Below, in pieces: positions 59,824 to 64,000 of a stretch of DNA of 64,000 nt. The translations under genes were made by a program, and so were the position numbers. The notes under the pieces were generated by a model, which was not told the origin of the DNA, ran no database searches, and saw only the letters and a list, made by a program, of their open reading frames with translations. The stretch's first letter is position 1. Each line of letters opens with the position of its first letter. Source of the DNA: Gemmatimonadota bacterium (GTDB lineage Bacteria > Gemmatimonadota > Gemmatimonadetes > Longimicrobiales > Gaopeijiaceae); the NCBI GenBank assembly GCA_034521595.1, contig JAXHMG010000003.1, forward strand, positions 2,944,001-3,008,000, in the 5' to 3' direction.

Positions 59824-59857
59824 GACACCATGCTACGTCTGTGGGTACCTTGCCATC

Positions 59858-60952
59858 ATGAATCCCGACCCCGACCGCCTGCGGGCGGACGTGCTCACGT
59901 TCTACGATCGCCGGAAGAGGGATCTCCCCTGGCGCGGAGAAGAAGACCCGTACCGGATCCTCGTCTCCGAGATCATGCTTCAGCAGACGCGGGTCGACAC
60001 CGTGCGTGGGTACTACGAGTCATGGCTCCAGCGGTTCCCCGACGTGGACGCGCTCGCCGCCGCGGACGAGGACGTCGTGCTCAAGGCCTGGGAGGGACTC
60101 GGCTACTATCGGCGGGCACGGAACCTCCATGCCGCGGCGCGCGTGGTCCGGGAGCGCTCGGGGGGTGAGTTGCCGGCGTCGGCGGCGGAGTTGCGCGCCC
60201 TGCCGGGCATAGGGGAGTACACGGCGGGGGCCGTGGCGAGCATCGCGTTCGGCGAAGCGGTTCCGGCGGTGGACGGGAATGTTCGCAGGGTGCTCTCGCG
60301 GTGGCACGACGTGGCCGAGCCCTCGCCGCGGTGGTTGCGGGACCGCGCCGCCGAGCTCGTCGATCGCGACCGCCCGGGCGACTGGAACCAGGCGCTCATG
60401 GAGCTCGGGGCGACCGTGTGCACCCCGAGGGAGCCGCGTTGTGGCGAGTGTCCGGTGGCTTGGGCCTGCGGGGCCCACGAGGCAGGGACGGTGCATGAGC
60501 GGCCGGCCCCCACCAAGAAGCAGGCTCCGCGCGAGGCCATCTTCGCCCTTTGCGTGCTCCGGACCACGGGTGGAGCGGTGCTCCTGCAGCGTCGTCCGGC
60601 CGGTGGCCTCCTCGGCGGGATGTGGACGCTCCCCGAGCGGGAAGTCGACGCGGCGGCCGACGCCGAGCAGGCCGCGTGCTCTCTGGGGCACGAGCTCCTC
60701 GGCGGGATGCGTGAGCCGTCGGACGGCGCTCTCCCGGGCGGCGTGTCGCTCACCGGTCCGACGCCCCTTCCTGAAGTCCGCCACCGATTCAGTCATATCG
60801 ACGCGACCTACGTGCCCTGGCGCATCGACGTGGAGCCCGGAGAGAATCCACTTTCCGCGCCCGGAGACCCGCCGTTCCACTGGGCTTCGCCCGCCGAGGT
60901 CGACGCGCTGGCCCTTCCCGTGGCGCAGCGCTCCGTGCTCGAACACCTCTGA
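59858..60952 (+). CDS. mutY: A/G-specific adenine glycosylase MutY
   Basis: [50 protein letters not shown].. C. Confidence 0.96.
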   Translation: MNPDPDRLRADVLTFYDRRKRDLPWRGEEDPYRILVSEIMLQQTRVDTVRGYYESWLQRFPDVDALAAADEDVVLKAWEGLGYYRRARNLHAAARVVRERSGGELPASAAELRALPGIGEYTAGAVASIAFGEAVPAVDGNVRRVLSRWHDVAEPSPRWLRDRAAELVDRDRPGDWNQALMELGATVCTPREPRCGECPVAWACGAHEAGTVHERPAPTKKQAPREAIFALCVLRTTGGAVLLQRRPAGGLLGGMWTLPEREVDAAADAEQAACSLGHELLGGMREPSDGALPGGVSLTGPTPLPEVRHRFSHIDATYVPWRIDVEPGENPLSAPGDPPFHWASPAEVDALALPVAQRSVLEHL

Positions 60953-60972
60953 TATCAACCCGAGACCGTCCC

Positions 60973-61986
60973 ATGCGCATCGCCGTGTTCAGCACCAAGC
61001 CCTACGACCGCCGTGCCCTCGAGGAGGCGAACCTCGCCCACGGTCACGAGCTGGCGTTCTTCGAAACACGGCTCACGGCGGACACAGTCGCTCTCGCCGT
61101 CGGGTACGAGGCGATCTGTCCCTTCGTCAACGACCAAGTGACCGCGGAGGTCGTGGAAGAGCTGGCCCCCGAAGGGCTTCGTCTCATCACGCTTCGTTCG
61201 GCGGGCTTCAACCACGTCGATCTCGACGCCGCGGAGCGCCACGGCGTGACGGTGGCCAGGGTGCCTGCGTACTCGCCGCATGCCGTGGCGGAGCACGCCA
61301 TGGGTCTCGTGCTCACGCTGAGCCGTCACCTCCACCGTGCCCACGCCCGCGTCCGGGAGGGGAACTTCGCCCTCGACGGGCTCCTGGGCACGGACATTCA
61401 CGGGAAGGCCGTCGGCGTGGTGGGCACCGGGCGCATCGGGACCGTGTTCTGTCGCATCGTGGACGGTTTCGGATGTCGGGTGCTCGCCCACGATCCCTAT
61501 CCCAACGAGGCGGTGCGGGCTCTCGGAGCGGAGTACGTGTCGCTCGACCGGCTCCTCGAGGAGTCCGACATCGTGGCCCTCCACCTTCCGCTGACCCCGG
61601 AGACGCATCACCTCATCGACGGGCGGGCCATCGAACGCATGAAAGACGGGGTGACGCTGATCAACACCAGCCGTGGCGGGCTGGTGGACACGCCGGCCGT
61701 CATCAACGGCCTCAAGAGCGGGAAGATCGGGGCGTTGGGGCTGGACGTGTACGAGGAGGAGGCGGACCTCTTTTTCGAGGACCTCTCGGATACCGTCATC
61801 CAGGACGATGTCTTCGCTCGTCTGCTCACCTTCCCGAACGTCTTGGTGACGGGGCATCAGGGCTTCTTCACTGCGGAGGCTCTGGCCAACATCGCCGAGA
61901 CCACCCTCGCCAACGCATCCGCCTTCGTCTCGGGGGCGGCCGAGCTCCACCGTGTCACCCTCGCCGAGGTACAGGGCGAGCGTTAG
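60973..61986 (+). CDS. ldhA: D-2-hydroxyacid (D-lactate) dehydrogenase
   Basis: [42 protein letters not shown]. Confidence 0.92.
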   Translation: MRIAVFSTKPYDRRALEEANLAHGHELAFFETRLTADTVALAVGYEAICPFVNDQVTAEVVEELAPEGLRLITLRSAGFNHVDLDAAERHGVTVARVPAYSPHAVAEHAMGLVLTLSRHLHRAHARVREGNFALDGLLGTDIHGKAVGVVGTGRIGTVFCRIVDGFGCRVLAHDPYPNEAVRALGAEYVSLDRLLEESDIVALHLPLTPETHHLIDGRAIERMKDGVTLINTSRGGLVDTPAVINGLKSGKIGALGLDVYEEEADLFFEDLSDTVIQDDVFARLLTFPNVLVTGHQGFFTAEALANIAETTLANASAFVSGAAELHRVTLAEVQGER

Positions 61987-62156
61987 CCGAACCGGCCCAC
62001 TGCGTGGTCCCCTCGTCCTTCGATGGAGCGGATCGCATCAGTCCGGACGCTCCCCGAAACGGAATGGCGGCGCTCCGGCCTTCGAGCCACCTTTCGTCGG
62101 GTGAGGTGGTCGCTCGGGCCGCCCGAGAGCGCACTCCGCAAAACCAGGAGCCCAGC

Positions 62157-64000
62157 ATGACGACACCAGACGCCGCGTCCACCGGATCACGGCCCGAGGA
62201 GTCCGAGTGGGTTCGACCCTTCACCGATCTCGGCATGGCGGACGTGCCCGAGGTCGGGGGGAAGAACGCTTCTCTCGGAGAAATGATCAGCGAGCTGGCC
62301 GAGGCGGGCATCCGGGTCCCGGAAGGATTCGCCACGACCGCCGCGGCCTATCGCGCCTTTCTGGAGCACAACGACCTGGGCCCGCGCCTTCGTGAGCTGC
62401 TCGCGAAGCTGGACGACGGCAGCGCGACGCTGGAGGACACGGGCCGGTCGGTTCGAGAAGCCATCCTCGGGGGAGAGCTGCAGCCGGAGCTGGTGCACGC
62501 CCTTCGCACGGCATACCGGACCCTCGAAGAGGAGACGCCCGGCGATGCGCCCGCCGTCGCGGTGCGGAGCAGCGCCACGGCCGAGGATCTCCCGGAGGCC
62601 AGCTTCGCCGGCCAGCAGGAGAGCTTCCTGAACGTGGTAGGGGAAGAGGCTCTGCTCGAAGCCTGCCTCCGGTGTTATGCGTCGCTCTTCACCGACCGCG
62701 CCATCTCGTACCGCGCGGGGCGCGACTTCGACCACCTCGACGTCGCCCTTTCGGTGGGCGTGCAGCGCATGATCCGCTCGGACCTCGCGGGAGCCGGCGT
62801 CCTCTTCACCCTCGATCCCGACAGCGGCTTCCCGCGCGTCATCGTCCTCAACGCCGCTTGGGGGTTGGGGGAGAGCGTGGTCAAGGGCACGGTGAATCCG
62901 GACCAGCACACGGTCTTCAAGCCGTTGCTCGATGACGGAGACGCACGGCCCATCCTCGAGCGCGTGGCGGGATCGAAAGAAGAAAAGGTGATCTACCGGT
63001 CCGGGGGCGGGTCGGAGAGCGTGCCTACCACGGAAGAGGAGCGCCGATCACTGGTGCTCGACGACGACGAGGTGCTCACCCTCGCGCGGTGGGGCGTGGA
63101 GATCGAACGTCACTACGGGCGCCCGATGGATATCGAATGGGCGAAGGACGGCGAGGACGGCCTGCTCTACATCGTCCAGGCACGACCGGAGACGGTCGAG
63201 GCCCGCAAGAAGCTGGGGGTGGTGGAGACTTTCACGCTGAAGGAGCGGCCCGATCCGCTCATCTCCGGGGTCGCGGTCGGCAATTCCATCGTCACGGCGA
63301 CCGCGTATCGGATCGAGAGTCCGTCCGAGCTCGCCAACTTCCCCGAAGGGGGCGTGCTCGTCGCGTCCCGCACCGACCCCGACTGGGGGCCCGGGTTGGC
63401 CCGGGCCGCGGGGGTCGTGACCGACCAGGGCGGCAGAACCAGCCACGCGGCCATCGTGAGCCGCGAGCTGGGGATCCCCGCCGTGGTCGGAACGGGAAGC
63501 GCGACGGAGGTCGTGCCACACGGGGAGGAAGTCACCCTCTCCTGCGCGGAGGGCGACCGGGGGCACGTGTATCCGGGCGCGCTGGACTTCGAGCGAACCG
63601 AGGTGGACCTCGAGAACATGCCCGAGCCCCGGACCCGGATCATGCTCAACGTGGGCAATCCGGAGGCCGCCTTCCGCTGGTGGCGCCTCCCCGCCCGGGG
63701 CATCGGCCTCGCTCGCATCGAGTTCGTGATCGGCGAGGTCATCCGCATCCATCCGCTCGCGCTCGTGCACCCCGAGCAGGTTCCGGAGGGCGCGGAGCGA
63801 GACGAGATCGAGCGGCTCCTCGCGGGTTGGGACGACCGGAGGGAGTACTTCGTGGACCTCCTGGCCCGTGGCATCGCTCGCCTCGCGGCGGCCGCCCACC
63901 CGCACCCGGCGGTCGTCCGCACCAGCGACTTCAAGTCGAACGAGTACGCTACGCTGCTCGGGGGCAGCGCGTTCGAGCCGGTCGAGGAAAACCCGATGAT
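62157..64000 (+). CDS. ppsA: Phosphoenolpyruvate synthase (partial, runs off window end)
   Basis: Manual translation: VGGKNASLGEM, AVRSSATAEDLP.ASFAGQQ, DIEWA, QARPETV, GGRTSHAAI, SDFKSNEY; AGGAG RBS. Confidence 0.96.
   Translation, partial: MTTPDAASTGSRPEESEWVRPFTDLGMADVPEVGGKNASLGEMISELAEAGIRVPEGFATTAAAYRAFLEHNDLGPRLRELLAKLDDGSATLEDTGRSVREAILGGELQPELVHALRTAYRTLEEETPGDAPAVAVRSSATAEDLPEASFAGQQESFLNVVGEEALLEACLRCYASLFTDRAISYRAGRDFDHLDVALSVGVQRMIRSDLAGAGVLFTLDPDSGFPRVIVLNAAWGLGESVVKGTVNPDQHTVFKPLLDDGDARPILERVAGSKEEKVIYRSGGGSESVPTTEEERRSLVLDDDEVLTLARWGVEIERHYGRPMDIEWAKDGEDGLLYIVQARPETVEARKKLGVVETFTLKERPDPLISGVAVGNSIVTATAYRIESPSELANFPEGGVLVASRTDPDWGPGLARAAGVVTDQGGRTSHAAIVSRELGIPAVVGTGSATEVVPHGEEVTLSCAEGDRGHVYPGALDFERTEVDLENMPEPRTRIMLNVGNPEAAFRWWRLPARGIGLARIEFVIGEVIRIHPLALVHPEQVPEGAERDEIERLLAGWDDRREYFVDLLARGIARLAAAAHPHPAVVRTSDFKSNEYATLLGGSAFEPVEENPM

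Overview
High-GC bacterial chromosome window, probably Gemmatimonadota (inferred from gene order and protein style), covering the replication origin region. Gene order: dnaN(partial)-oriC-dnaA, then divergently rpmH-rnpA-yidD-yidC-mnmE-acyP-mnmG, two parS palindromes, parA-parB-M23 peptidase-bactofilin and a second DnaA-box cluster. Core metabolism follows: lipA-pdhABC...lpdA, ispH, and a coupled glcDEF/M20/DUF1611-like/GNAT/NSAR operon. Further on are a lone PilB/GspE ATPase, a TAXI-TRAP transporter, a 9-gene heme-copper oxidase operon, a decayed tonB pseudogene, VWA/mutY, ldhA and ppsA(partial). I saw no rRNA, tRNA, CRISPR array or transposase. The most notable observations are: (1) an A-family CuA heme-copper oxidase with an intact D-channel but no K-channel residues and a new Glu in helix VIII; (2) an rnpA frame that appears to start upstream of, and read through, rpmH (Thermus-like gene-in-gene); (3) a Bacillus-like DnaA-box/DnaA-trio unwinding module plus a second box cluster about 12.5 kb away; (4) an 8-gene putative D-amino acid/D-hydroxyacid salvage operon; (5) a ceramide-synthase-like GNAT paired with a glycosyltransferase; (6) a structured leader RNA candidate upstream of a GAF gene. 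All family assignments come from motif recognition by eye, not database searches.
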